In this document: piece by piece, positions 1 through 13,716 of the stretch
How positions within the stretch are numbered: position 1 is the stretch's first letter
Layout: every line of letters begins with the position of its first letter
NCBI GenBank assembly: GCA_050084985.1
Contig: JBITNC010000001.1
Span: forward strand, 134,292,001 to 134,356,000
Origin: Nageia nagi
Lineage: Eukaryota > Plantae > Pinophyta
DNA length: 64,000 bases
Direction of reading: 5' to 3'
Position numbers and translations under genes: made by a program
The notes under the pieces: model-generated
Told to the model about the DNA's origin: nothing
The model's input: only the letters and a program-made list of their open reading frames with translations
Databases searched by the model: none

Positions 1-323
1 TAATTAATGCTAACATATTTATCTTTATATTTTCATGTGTAGTTTTGGAAAATGAACAAAATTTCCATATTTTCCTAATATAATCCCTATCATGAACCTA
101 ATACAAATATTTCAAGTGTTGATGAAAACCTTTTATAGTCTATAAAATTGGTATGATCTTTCCATTAAATATTGTTCAATGCAATATTCATCAAACTTAA
201 TTATATAAAAGATTAATCTCTTAGAATTTCCTATTTTACTCGAAGTTTTACCATCAATTTTTAATACAATAATGATAAGGATTTTTATAGATTTTTTCCA
301 TATAAATATACTAAAGTGTAAAT
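1..323. repeat. Direct repeat, copy A (homologous to 23538-23859), immediately 5' of the LINE
   Basis: Colinear alignment by eye from 'taattaatgctaac...' to '...ctaaagtgtaaat' in both places, roughly 80-90% identical; runs off the window start. Confidence 0.9.
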
Positions 324-335
324 AATATTCAAATA

Positions 336-1990
336 ATGGAGCAAAGTGAGGAGAGCACATGGGGTTTGAGTGGGCCTAGTGTAAGGGTGAGAGGTTTGGG
401 AGAGGGAGCTTGGATCCCAAGGTGTAGGTGAAGATTGATCTTATAGGTAAGTCTTCTCCAGACTCTATCTTGGAGGAGAGGGTGGGCCTAAAACTTCCTA
501 ATGCAGTTAACCCATTGGACTTGAATATGATAAATAATAACAAAATCTCATATGCCCAAGTGGTAAGGGGTTAAAAAGTATCTCCTTTGGAAACATATTT
601 TAATTTGAGAGCTACAAAAGGTAGGCTAAAGATTCCTCTTAAAATTATCAAGATCACCATGGAGGAAGTTGCTCTAAATCTGCTTGGTAAGTTCCTTGGG
701 ATGCATAGAGATATTGATTTGATGATATAATGGGCTTTTCAAAAATAAAAAAATAAGTGGGAAGTTTGATATTATCGCTCTTTTGAATTACTTCATTTTT
801 ATTAAGTTCAATGCAGGGTAATACCTTTAAAATGTTTTGTATGGAGTTCTATGGATGTTTGGGTAGAAAGATATGTTTTTATAGAAATGGGTTCTAGATT
901 TCAATCCAAATACCTAAATTATTACTTCAACCCCAGTTTGGGTTAGACTCCTAGGATTAGCATTTTAGTGTTGGCATGATGAAGTTATAGCAAGGATTTG
1001 TTACTAGATTGAGGACCTCATTACCATTGATAAGGCAATTAGGGATAAATCTTGTATGACTTTTGCTAGACTTTGTATTAGCATTTATCCCATAATGAAC
1101 CTCCCAAAATCTATTGATTTAATTTCTAAATTAGGGGAATGATTTCAATTGATCGAATATGAGAATCCCCCTTAGATGTGTGAGGTATTCAAGTAGAAAT
1201 TTCATGCTCCTTCTTTGTATCCTTTGAAATTGCAAGAAAAGCAAAAAAAGAAATGATAGGGTTGTAAAGTTCCAACTTAAAGAACTAAAAAAGGTGAAGC
1301 TTTGAGTGTGGTGCATGAGCAAGATACCAATGTGGTGCCCATGCATAATAATTTTTCTAGTCTAGATGTTCATCTTCACTTAAACAAAGATTTGATTAAG
1401 GAAATATCACTCTATGAGAAAGTTATAGCTCATGTCAAAGGTTAGAGACCAATCACAAAAGAAGCTATGATGGTTATATTAGAGGATAAAGAGTTGGATA
1501 ATAAACTCTTAAATCATAATGAGGGAGATCATCAAGAGATAACATCAGATAAGGAGGTTTTGATAAAAGAGGAATAATATCAAGGAGAGTGGGAAATTAT
1601 CTCATAATTCAAATAGGACTTCATACCTCAAGTAAGTAAATTTAGTGAAGTGTTAGATAGATTTTTGGAAACTCAATTCCCTAAACCATTAGAGACTCAT
1701 ACTTATAACGTTTTTCAAGGTGAGAAGGATCAAGAAGATATAAATAAAAATCACATCCTTTTCCCAATTATGTTAAGGAAGTTTTGGGGGATTGTGAGGA
1801 TTCAGATTCTCAAGAAGAAACTATAGTATCAACCCTAAGGTGAAAGGGAAAGAAGAAAAAAAGAAGCAACAAGTCTATATGAAAAAGGATCATCTTGATC
1901 GACCTTAGAAGGGTGTTATAATATTTTAGGATACCAAAGCTAATATTGCTAAAGGAGCTCAAGCCACTCTCTTTGTGGGGGTGAAGCTTT
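336..1990 (+). pseudogene. LINE ORF1 remnant (DUF4283-type)
   Basis: Manual translation: LLGKFLGMHRDIDLMI*WA, WMFG, KWVLDFNP, TPVWVRLLGLA, FARLCI; many stops and frameshifts. Confidence 0.8.
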
Positions 1991-1996
1991 GAAGCA

Positions 1997-4929
1997 ATGA
2001 AAATCCTTACTTGGAATGTAAGGGGGATCTATGCTCCTAAAAAACATAGAATTCTAAATTCTTTGAAGAAGAACCTCAAATTGGAGGTGATCCTACTTCA
2101 AGAAACAAAAATTACTAAAGGTAAGGAACTCTTTATTAAAAATATCTTATGGAGGGATGCGAATTTTGTTCTTATTCATGTGGTTTCCAAATCAGGTGGT
2201 ATTTTATGCTTGTGGGATAGGAATAATCTAGAAGGGAAGGTGATTATCTCTAGTCTAAACTTTTTCTCCATTATTTTGACCTCTTTGGATACTAAGGAAA
2301 CTTTTATTATAATGAATGTGTATGCTCTGACTATCCATGGTTTAAATTTAATGCCCATTTAGATAGTTTTGGTATTTTTTTCCATCAAATACAAGCATAA
2401 TTTAAAAATAACCATCATCTATGCATTTTAAATGTAATTTTTACCCGTAAAAATTTATATATATACTAAATTAATTAATAGATTAAATATCATATATATA
2501 ATATAATATAATATAATATTGATAGGTAAAATTGGAAAGCAAAGAAGGAAACAATAGAGCAAAGAAGAAAATTCAATGCTCTATTTAGATTTGAGAAAAT
2601 ATGGCTTACTCAAGAGAATCTAGAGGATAATATAAAATTGTGGTGGTAACAGAGCTTATTTGATTCACTTATGACTCAAATAGCTAAGAAATTAAGATTC
2701 ATTAAGAAAAATCTTACAGTTTGGAATAGAGAAACCTTTGGTTTGCTCCCTAGAAGGAACGTTGATCTTCAAGGGAAAATGAGAGTTATTGAAAACCAAA
2801 TTCATATGTAAGGATATTCAAAGGAGATTCATTGTAAAGAGAAGGAAATATTATGTCAATGGTATAACACTCTCAAAAAAGAGGAGATCACATGGAAGCA
2901 AAAGTCTAGGATCATGTGGCTTAAGGAAGGGGATAGGAGTATCAATTTTTTCTATGTTTCCAATCTAATATATAGAAGCCACAATTGTATTAAGGAAATC
3001 TAATGTGGGGATGGTTCTTCTACAAAGGACCTAAATAAAATTAAGGAGGAGGGAGTTTCCTTTTTCTTGGATCTCTTAGGTCAAAATTCAACTTACTAGT
3101 AGAGAGCTACAAAAAATATTGTCCGTAATATTCTAGACTTTATGATTGAAAGATTTAATAATTTCATGAGTGGCAAGTTTGAAGAGAAAGAGATTCAAGC
3201 TATGATGTTTGAAATGGGAGGATCCAAAGCTCTAGGCCCGGATAGCTTCCTTAGATATTTTTTGTAAAGATATTGTGGGAATAGTTTAGGATTTTCAATT
3301 CACCAAAACTATACCTAAATATGTGTACTTTGCCTTTGTTTCTCTTATTCCTAAGAAAATGGGAGCTAATTCTTTTAATAAGTTTCACCCCATCAATTTG
3401 TGTAATTTCTTTTATAAAATTAGTTTATAATTCATAAAAATATGTTAAAAATAATTCTTCCTTTCATCATAAATACAAATCAAGGATAATCTATGCATGG
3501 GAGATAAATTTTAGATGGTATCATTACAATTCATGAGGTTGCTCATTCATCCATCAAATATGGTAAGGTTGGGATGTTGCTTAAATTTCATGTTAGTAAG
3601 GCTTATGATAGATTAGATTAGACCTTCTTGCTACAAGTTTTGTTTAGGTTTGAATTTAGAGAAGATTAGATCTCTCTCATTCATAAATGTATTTCCATTA
3701 TTACCTTCTTGATGCTCATCAATGGTGCAACTATTGACTATTTCTCAAGGAAAAGAGACCTTCACTAGGGTGATTCTATATTCACCTTCCTCTTCATCAT
3801 TATAGCATAGGTGTTAGGGAGGAGTGTTTTGGTAGCTAATAAGCCTAGAATGATTGAATGTATTAAACCTATGGAGGAACTCCCACTAGTCTCTTACCAA
3901 TATTTTATGGATGAGACCTTAGTCTCTACAAGATCTTACATTCCTCAAGTTTGATCTATAAATAAAATTTTAGACATGTATGAAGGGGTTGCTAGCCAAA
4001 ATATAAATTTTGAAAAAAGCAAATTATTTTTCTTGAATATAGGGAGGGTGCTACAAAAAAGAGTGGTAAATATCTTTCATTTCACTATAGGGGAATTGTC
4101 AACCTCCTATCTTGAAATTCCCCTTTTCAAAGGTGGAATGAAAGAGTTCCTAAAGGGATCCTATTATTGAAATTGTTTCAAGGAAATTAGTAGGATAAAA
4201 AGGTGCTCTTCTTATCCAAATTGGTAAGCCCAACTGATTAAGTCAATATTGCAAAGTTTCCTAATTTATTATATGTTTATCTTTAATATGCCTATGAAGG
4301 TGTAGGAGAAGTTAATACAAATTCAAAGAGAATTCCTATGGACTGGTACAAAGGAGAAAAATCAAATGGCCTTTATGGCTTGGAAAAAGATGTGTTTACC
4401 CTTTAAACATGGTGGTTTGGGAATTAGAAACCTCAAAAATATAAATTTGTCTCTCATGGAGAAATTGGGATCAAAGGTGGTGACTAATATGAATTTCCCT
4501 TGGGTTAAGATACTTAATTCCAAATACCTTCCTAATTCCTCATTACTAGAAGAGGAAAATCCAAGAGGTGGATCAACATTCTGGAATGGATTATAGGGTA
4601 TTAAGGACTTCATAAAAAAGCATAGGTATTAGATCATTAGTGATTGCAACAAAGTTCACTTTTGGAAAGATAATTAGTTGATGAAGATTTTGCTTAGGGA
4701 GCATGAGAACCTAGTCATTTTGTTTAGAAAATTCACTCACCAATATGGAAGAATGGTATCTAATTACATTATCCATGGGGAGAGGAAGTCTTGGAAGTTG
4801 CTAGATTTAGACAATCCTATAGATCTTCAGATGCAAGTTTTGGTAACTCTTAATAAGATGTTAAAAGCTTATACCCTCCCTCAAAGGAGAGAGAACACTT
4901 TTCTTTAAGAAAGAGAGAAATAGGTTTCT
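1997..4929 (+). pseudogene. LINE ORF2 5' part: APE endonuclease + reverse transcriptase
   Basis: MKILTWNVRG..LLQETK..IMNVYA (EN); WKQKSRIMWLKEGDRS; KALGPDSF; HPINLCNFFYK; KAYDRL; LH*GDS; WKKMCLPFKHGGLGIRNL. The EN C-terminus is replaced by AT-rich filler at ~2340-2530. Confidence 0.92.
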
Positions 4930-5488
4930 TGAGAGAAACTAATCCTTAAATATTAAATTTTTATTCTACCAAGATCTCAAGAAAGCTTTCTACAACATCC
5001 TCACAACATCATAAAGAAGGTAGCCAATCTCATAAAGATAATACCAGTGTAAAGTGGTTCCTTCAACCATAGGAATACATTCACTAATATAATATATTTA
5101 TTCTCAAGATGCACTATCTTGTAACAACTCTTCCAACTACTCCTAACATACCTAACTCATAACAATACTACAAACATGAGTGAGTAATATCAAGGAGAGG
5201 GATCTCTATTTATAGGCCAAAATTCTCCCTTGGATCACTCTTTTATCCATTGTACAAATTCATGACATACAACACCCTTTTACCCAATGGGCATGTCCAT
5301 GAGATGGAGTGTAGGATAAGTTACATTGTTTTATTCACAAATACTTAAAAGGTATATAGAGATACTTTTAAGTATTAGTGAATTAAAATTACCTTATTCA
5401 CTAAATACTTAAGGTATCTAGAATACCTTTAAGTATTAAGTGAATTTACATCAAAAAACCTTACAATAGTGCATTATACATTCCAAAA
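4930..5488 (-). repeat. Copia 3' LTR
   Basis: tgagagaa...acattccaa(a)a, aligns with 15223-15771; PPT adjacent. Confidence 0.92.
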
Positions 5489-6088
5489 CTCCCTCTTAAT
5501 GAATTATTAGGATAGAGTAGAGAGAAGAAAGAGAGAGTAAGAGAGAGCTCTCCATTATAGAGATACAATCGAAGATGAGAATATTACATATTTGAGAAAT
5601 AAGCAAGATCTTATCTTGAGGCTCATTAGAATACCATTTGACAAAATAGTTTACAATACAATCATTAATTGTAACTAGTTCACTATATGAAGTAGTCATT
5701 CAACATAAGTTGACATGATGAGCCTTCATGAGCCTGCCCACTCAAAGTAGGTAACCTACATTCTCAGGAAGAAACTTGCAAGATATAAGTAACTTATAAA
5801 TAATATCAATCATATGCATCATATAAACATTCATATCAACATAAGATAAATTAATCAAGTAATGCCATCCATAAATTGATCCAAAGTGCACTATAAGTCA
5901 TTAAGAAAATATCAAGCTAATACTCATGATCACCAGTTGTATAAAATATATGTGGATAAACATAAAAAATAGAGCATAACCACATACAAGTTTCTCACAT
6001 ATGGATAACCAAATAATGTCAAAATGCATATAATGATTCCTCACACATTAATAACTGAAATAGTGCTAGTAGAAGCTAAAATGTACTG

Positions 6089-6254
6089 CTAGTTCCTCAC
6101 ATAGAACAAATTAACCATGAAAGTGGACATAATCTACTAAAATAAGTATAATTAGTTCTTCACATGAAGTGAACTAACCAAGAAGGTGTACATCAAATGC
6201 TTAAAAAATATACTAGTTCCTTACATAGAGCAAACTAACTACAAAGGTGTATAT
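6089..6254. repeat. ~62-bp degenerate tandem repeat x3 in Copia 3' non-coding region
   Basis: Units like ctagttcctcacatagaacaaattaaccatgaaagtggacat start at 6089, 6152 and 6213. Confidence 0.75.
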
Positions 6255-6359
6255 AAAGATCAACATTATACATCAAAAACTATCCTCCTAAGGATGAAGT
6301 TGTCATCACAAACATGAATTGAATGAGAAATCAACCTTCACTCCCCCTTGATGGAAACT

Positions 6360-9300
6360 TCACCAACCCAATAGATTCCTTAAGATTGCAAAATTAGTCT
6401 TCAGCAAGGGGCTTGGTGAAAAAATTAGTAGAGTTTAGGACTAATGGAAAATACTACAATTGAAGGATACCATCCAGAATATTCTTCCTAATAAAGTGGG
6501 CTTGGTTTCGACATGTTTTATTCTTTGATAAAAAAACATGATTCTTTTCTAAAGAAATAATTGATTGATTATCTGAAAAAATATAAAATGTGTGAGCTCA
6601 TACCCAATTTATTTTATAATATGCCTAAATCAAATAACATCCTAGAATACGAATGACATTGCTTATATTCTTCCTCTATAATGGAGAGAGTAGTAGTCGG
6701 CTGCTTCTTGGAATTCTAAAATATAGCACTTGAACCAATGCTAAATGTATAAATAGAGGTTGATTTCATGTCATCTCTATCTACCCTATAATCAAAATCT
6801 AAGAACTCTAAGAGAAAAAATAATGAAAACTTGGAAAACATGAGAGAAATATATTTAGTTCTTGCAACATACCTCAAACTTTTCTTAACAGCATTGAGGT
6901 GCTCAACATATGGTTTCTACATAAATTATGCTATAATATTTACTACAAATGTAATATATATCTTGAAGATCATCAAATAAAGAATATTGCTAATTAATTG
7001 CATGTAAGTTGTAGCATCAACCAACTGAGAGTTGGAGCTAAGAGATAAAGTGATTCTAGGAGAGACTAGAATTATTGTAGGTCTGCACTCCTCCATTATA
7101 AAATTTTGCAAAATATCTAAGATATACTTGGATTAACTAAAGTAAGTACAATCCTTATATTAATACACTTCAATACCAAGAAATTAGTGCAAGAGACCAA
7201 TATCAATCATTTCAAAAGTTGCCTTGAGTTTGGATATGCACTCTTGGATGATTTCAACATTTTACCTACTATCAATAGATCATCCACATAGATAAGAATA
7301 AAGACCAAGTATTTTTCTTAATTAAGCACATAAATATCAGTATCAAAGAATCATTTAGAAAATATAGTATCTTCAAAGTATCCTAAAATAATTTTAAACC
7401 AAGCTCTAGGTGCTTTCTTAAGTCCATATAAAGAATTATTTAGCTCGCACATAAATGACTTGTTACCTTCCATAATAAACCCTTCTAGTTAGTTCATATA
7501 GATTTCAACATCCAAGTCACCATTAAGAAAAGCACTTTTAACATCAAGTTAAAAAAATTTCCATGCTTAAGTTGTTGAAAGAGCAATAATTAACATGATA
7601 ATAGGCATCATTTTCACTAGAGAAAATGTTTCTTAATAATCAACTCCATATTTTTGAGCAAAATCTTTGGCTACTAACCTTGCCTTGTATTTCTTAATTT
7701 TCTCAATTTAATTGTATTTAACCTTATAAATTCATTTATTTTCAATAACATTGCATTCATTAGGATAGAAAACCAAATTGCAAGCTTGATTTTTCATTAG
7801 AGCCTCATACTCCACTTTCATTGCTTCCATCCAACACTTGTGCTTTGAAGCTTCCTTGAATGATGAGAGCTCATTTTTGCTATCAATTTTGGTAAACAAG
7901 AATTTATTTAAAGTCATACTTCTTGTTATCCTTTGTGTTAGAGAATTTCTCTCTTGAGATGAATTATCTACACTGATATCCATCCATCTATGTGCAACAG
8001 ATGAGTCATCAAGATCATCTAGATCCTCACAAGAAGAATATTCCTCACGTATTTCATTAAACTTTACATCCCTAAGAAAAATATTGCTTTAGAGGAAGGA
8101 GAGTAGAGCCTCTAGACTTTATGTTGATTATCATATCCCACAAATATGCACTTTTTAGATCTCTTATTCATCTTCTTTTTTTTCTCAAAAATAATAAAGG
8201 CATAAGCATCGTAACCAAAAATCCTCAAGTGAGAGATGTTAGGTTTCTTTTTCATCCATGCCTCATATAGAGTTTTTCCTTGTACTACTTTCATAGTATA
8301 CCTATTTAGGATGTAGATCATAGTGCTGATAGCTTGACCCCATAAGAAGTTAGGAGGATTTCTCATTATGCACATTTCCATTTCTTGAATGGTTCCATTT
8401 TTTCTTTTAGCAACACAATTTTGCTAAAGGTTGTAAGGGATCATAAATTACCTCTTGATCTTATATTTGGTATAATAGTTATTGAAGTCATTACTATTAT
8501 ACTCATCCCTATTATCAAATATCAATATCTTAACTTTGAAGTTAGATTGATTTGTAACCAAGGCTTTGAAATATTTGAACCTATCAAAGGTTTGATCTTT
8601 GTGCTCTAGAAAATAACCAAATATCATCATGTAGAAGTCATCAAGAGGGTCAAGACATAAGATGCTCTACCAAGTGACTTAATCAAAAATAGACCTATCA
8701 AATCTAAATGCACAAGTTTAAGAGGTTATGTTTCCCTTATTGCCTTATCTTTCTCAAAATTTTGCCTATCCATCTTTCCAAGGATGCACTTCTCATAAAG
8801 ACCAATTATGGGTGATATTGTAGGCAAACCTTCCACAAGTTCTTGATCTTTCATAAGTTGAATACTCTTATGGTTAAGGTGGTCTAATTAATAGTGCTAA
8901 ATATTACCTCTAGAGAAAATATTTTTATCAAAGAACATCTTTTTTGGAGCTTGATACATAATGTAGAGATCATATTTCATGGATCCTTTTACCAATGTGG
9001 AAAGTCTCTTTTTCATGCATCAAGAGTGTGAGTTGAACTTGAATGAGTATCCTTTCCTTTCAACCTAAATTACATAAAGAAGGTTCATGGTGAGCTTAGG
9101 CATATAGAGAATATTTTCAAGAACATTTCCTTGCAACAACACACTCCCAATACCTTAGACTTCAAGGATTGAATTATCACCTATCACAACTACATCTTTT
9201 CTATACTTATGAAAATTTTCAAATTTATTCTTTTCAAAACATATGTGATTAGTACATCTAGATTCAACAATCTAATCATTTGAGAAGATGTGAGACTTGG

Positions 9301-10150
9301 AGTAAAAGGCATAAACATAAATAGAATTCTTGTTCTTCTTCTTGCCATTAAAGTTGTTTTATTTTTCAGATCCTTTGCCATCTTGTTCTTGCTTTTTATT
9401 GTAGCAATTAGATTCCCTATGACCATCCACACATTTTATTCCCATCTTGACTTATCATGGCTATTATGTTTCTTATTTTCAACTTTCTTGAAGTCCCTTG
9501 TTAGAGCATGGAAAGACTTCTTTTGGTTATTGAACTTCTTTCTGAAGTGAGTCTTCATTGGTTGGAGAGGGGATCAAAAATATTTTGTTAAGTGTTTCAT
9601 CATATTTCAAGAGAAGTATTAAAATATTTCCAATGATAATACCTTTTCTTCATCATCAAGCCTTATCTCAATAATATTCATGAAGTGACTAAATTTAGTA
9701 GAGAGGCTTTGAAGGATGATGAACACCATAAACTTATTATTGATCTAATTGCAACCACACCCTGTAAGATGGATCTTAAGGTTAATAATCTTGTTCAAGT
9801 ATATAGCCACACTTTTATTTTCCTTTTGACATGATTATAATAATTTTTGAAGAATGTTGAACTTTTTAAAGAATTTACTACTGAGGTAGATTTTCTTTAG
9901 CCTATCCCAAGCTTCCTTTATAGAGTTTGAAGAAGAGATCATAAGAAGAACTGCATTTGAAATTACATGAAATATCATTGAGGTTTTCAACTCATTCTTT
10001 GCGTTGTAATCCTTGAGTGCCTTCTTATTTTTTAGAGCAACTTAGTTTTCATTTATGATTTACCATAATTTTTGTGATTGAAGCTATGTTATCATCTTAG
10101 GTTCCCAAATACCATATTTGAAACTATCTAGGATGTGTTAGGTGAAAAAA
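6360..10150 (-). pseudogene. Copia gag-pol remnant (gag, protease, GAG-pre-integrase, integrase, RT, RNase H)
   Basis: ORF fragments: FLWGQAISTMIYILNR..LYEAW..KPNISHLRIFG..KKCIFVGYD (INT); FKEASKHKCWMEAMKVEYEALMKNQ, YKARLVAK, LYGLKKAPRAW, YVDDL (RT); KHVETKPTL..FFTKPL (RH). Confidence 0.93.
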
Positions 10151-13100
10151 GAGTCTCCTAATTGCTACAAAAGAAGGTGAAAGTGTTAAACAATGTAAGC
10201 ATTTTAAATTTGAGAACCAAACATTAATCCAGTATTAATATTAAGTTTGTTCAATTAGTCAATCATTCATGTTAATTATACATATTGAATTTTAGCCAAA
10301 GCTAATCAAATCATGCCTAAATTGTTAATCAATTTCATATGTGCATAAGGCTATAATCTCCTCAAATCATATATCTCATACATCCAATATTTTATCATAA
10401 CCAAGTAATATAGTTGTAGAGAGGGTAAATCTAAGGCTTATTTTTTAATTTGAAATTAGACCTTCACCTAAATGCTTGTAAGGTGGAGCCTAGGTACTAC
10501 CAATCCTCAACCAATTTTTCTTAGTCAACAACATACTGTCATAAGGAGGATTACTAGCTATTTTCCAAGGTTGTGACGATAATCCTTTAATGGAAAGGAA
10601 GACATATGGTATCACTACACACATGCATGTCCACCTATATGGATTTATATCTAGATCAATAGAGAACTTAGGAGAAATTAAAAAGTACAAAATTTTCAAC
10701 ACTTAGATTAACAGATTAAAAGGCTCTAGTCTATCTTGTCCTCACCTCATGGCTCCCCAAACAAGTCATGTTACGGAATAAAACATGTATATGTATTTAT
10801 TTTAGGAGAAGAACTTTCATTAACTTGTTACAACCATTATGTTGCATATTTCCACCTTTCTTGAAGTCCTTTTTCAGATCATGGGAAGACTTCTTTTGGT
10901 TATTGAACTTCTTTTTGAATTGAGTCTTCATTGTTCCTAGAGATATAGAATGCTCCTTAGGAGAGGGGATCAACAATTTTTTGTTAAGTGTTTCATCATA
11001 TTTCAAGAGAATTGTTAAAATAGAACACATTTTGTTCATCTTCAAGTCTTGTTTCAATAATAGTCATGAAATGATTAAATTTAGTAGAGAGGCTATGAAA
11101 GATGATGAACACCATAAACTCATTATTGATCTAATTGCAACCACACCCCATAAGCTAGGTACTAGGGTTAATAATATTGTTCAAGTATATAGCCATATTT
11201 TCATTTTTCTCTTAATTTGATTCTAATAATTTTTGAAGAATAGTGAACCTTTTGGATAATTTAGTTTCGATGTAGATTTTCTTTAGTCTATCTCCATATT
11301 CCTTTGTAGAGTTTGAATAAGAGATCATGAGAAGGACTTTATTTGAAACTATATTAAAGATCATGGAGTTTGCCAACTCATTCTTTATGTTCTAAGTCTT
11401 GAGTATCTTCTCATTTTTTGGAGCAAATTGATTTTTATTTATGATTTTCCATAATTTTTGTACTTGAATCTTTGCTTTCATCCTAGGTTCGCAAATAAAA
11501 TATTTGGAACTATCTAGGATGTGCTTGGGTGAAAAAGAGTCTCCCATTTGCTACAAAAGAAGGTGAAAGTGTTAACCAATATAAGCATGTTAAATTTGAT
11601 AACCAAACATTAATCAATTATACATATTGAGTTTGTTCAATTAATCAATCATTCATGTTAATTATACATGTTGAATTTTAACCAAAGGCAATCAAAGCAT
11701 GCCTAAATTATTAATCAATTTCACAAATGCACAAGGTTACAATATCTTCAAATCATATATCTCATACATCCATTATTTTATCATAACCAAGTAATATAGT
11801 TATAAAGAGGATAAATTGAGGCTTGTTTTCTTGTTTAAAATTAGACCTTCACTTGAATGCCCATAAGGTGGAGCCCAGGTCCTACCAATCCTCAATTAGT
11901 TCACCTTGGTTATAAACATATTCTCATAAGGAGGAGTACTAGCTATTTTTCAAGGTTATGATATATGTTGGATTGGACAAATTATTATCTTGATTAAGTT
12001 TTTAGTTTTTCTCCTAGGTTATCAAGATAATCCCTAAATGGATGGGCATACATATGGTATCACTATAGACATGTTTTTCCACCTATATGGATTTATTTAT
12101 AGATCAATAGTGGACTTACAAGAATTTAAGAAGTATAATTTTTTATCAGTTGGATCGATGGATTAAAAGGATTCAGCATACCTTGTCCTCAACTCATGGC
12201 TCCCCAAACAACTCATGTTATGGAATAAAATATATGAATGTGTTTATTTTAAGGGAAACTCTTTCATTGACTTGACATGGACATTATGTTGCTTGTTTCC
12301 ACATTTCTTGAAGTTCCTTTTCAGAGCATAGGAAGACTCCTTTTGGTTATTGAACTTCTTTTTGAAGTTAGTCTTCATTGGTCCTAAAGCATTAGAATGC
12401 TCCTTAGGGGAAAGGATCAATAATTTTTTGTTAAGTGTTTTTTTGTGTTTCAAGAGAATTCTTGAAATATTTTCCAAGGTGAAAACCTTTTCTTCAACAT
12501 CAAGCCTTATCTCACTAACAATCATGAAGTGACTAAATTTAGTAGAGAGGCTTTGAAAGATAATGAACACCATAAACTCTTTGTTGATCCAATTGCAACC
12601 ACACCCCCATCAGTTGGGTCCTAAGGTCAATAATATTATTCAAGTATATAGCCACACTTTCATTTTTTTTTGACATGATTGCAATAATTTTTAAATAATG
12701 ATGAACCTTTTGAAGAATTTAGTACCAAGGTAGCTTTTCTTCAACCTATCCTAAGCTTCCTTTGTAGAGTTTGAAGAAGAGATCATAAGAAGGACTTTAT
12801 TTGAAATTGCATGAAAGATCATGGTGGTTTCCAACTTATTATTTGTGTTGTAATCCTTGAGTGCCTTCTTATTTGTTGGAGCAACTTGGTTTTCATTTAT
12901 GATTTATCATAGTTTCTCATCTTAGAGCTCTATTTTCATCCTAGATTCCCAAATACCATATTTGGAATTGCTTAGGATGTGCTTGGATGAAAAATAGTTC
13001 CCCATTTGCTACAAAAGAAGGTGAAAGTGTTAACCAATGTAAGCATATTAAATTTCAAAACCAAAGATTAATCAACCATACATATTGAGTTTGTTCAATT

Positions 13101-13716
13101 AATCAATCATTCATGTTAATTATATATGTTGAATTTAAACCAAAACTAATCAAAGCATGCTTAAATTGTTAATCAATTTTACATGTGCACAAGGTTACAA
13201 TATCATCAACTCATATATCTCATACATCCAATATTTTATCATAACTAAGTAATATAGTTTTAAAGAGGGTGAAGTTGAGGCTTATTTCTTGTTTGAAATT
13301 AGGCCTTCACTTGGATGCCCACAAGGTGGAGCCTAGGTCCTACCAATCCTCAACCAATTTGCCTTGGTTAGTAATATACTCTCACAAGGAGAAATACTAG
13401 TTATTTTTCAATATTTTGATGTATGTTGAATCAACCAAATTATTATGTAGATTACATTTTCATTTTTCCTCCTAGGTTATCAAGATAATCGTTGAATGGA
13501 TAGGTGAACATATGGTATCATTGCACACATGCATGACCACATATATGGAGTTATGTCCAGATCAATAGAGGACTTAAGAAAAAATAAAAAGTAGAAAATT
13601 TTTACCACTTAGATCAAGGGAATAAAAGACTTCAATCTACCTTTTCCTCACCTCATGGCTCTCCAAACAAGTCATGTTACAAAATAAAACATGTGGATGT
13701 GTTTATTTTAGGGGAA
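9480..13716 (-). repeat. Three tandem ~1.45-kb copies of Copia leader + gag N-terminus
   Basis: Marker 'ctcatggctccccaaacaagtcatgttac' at ~10746, ~12193 and ~13652; near-duplicate gag ORFs at 10797-11057 and 12244-12573 (LNKKLLIxSPKEHS..KKKFNNQKxSS). Confidence 0.92.
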
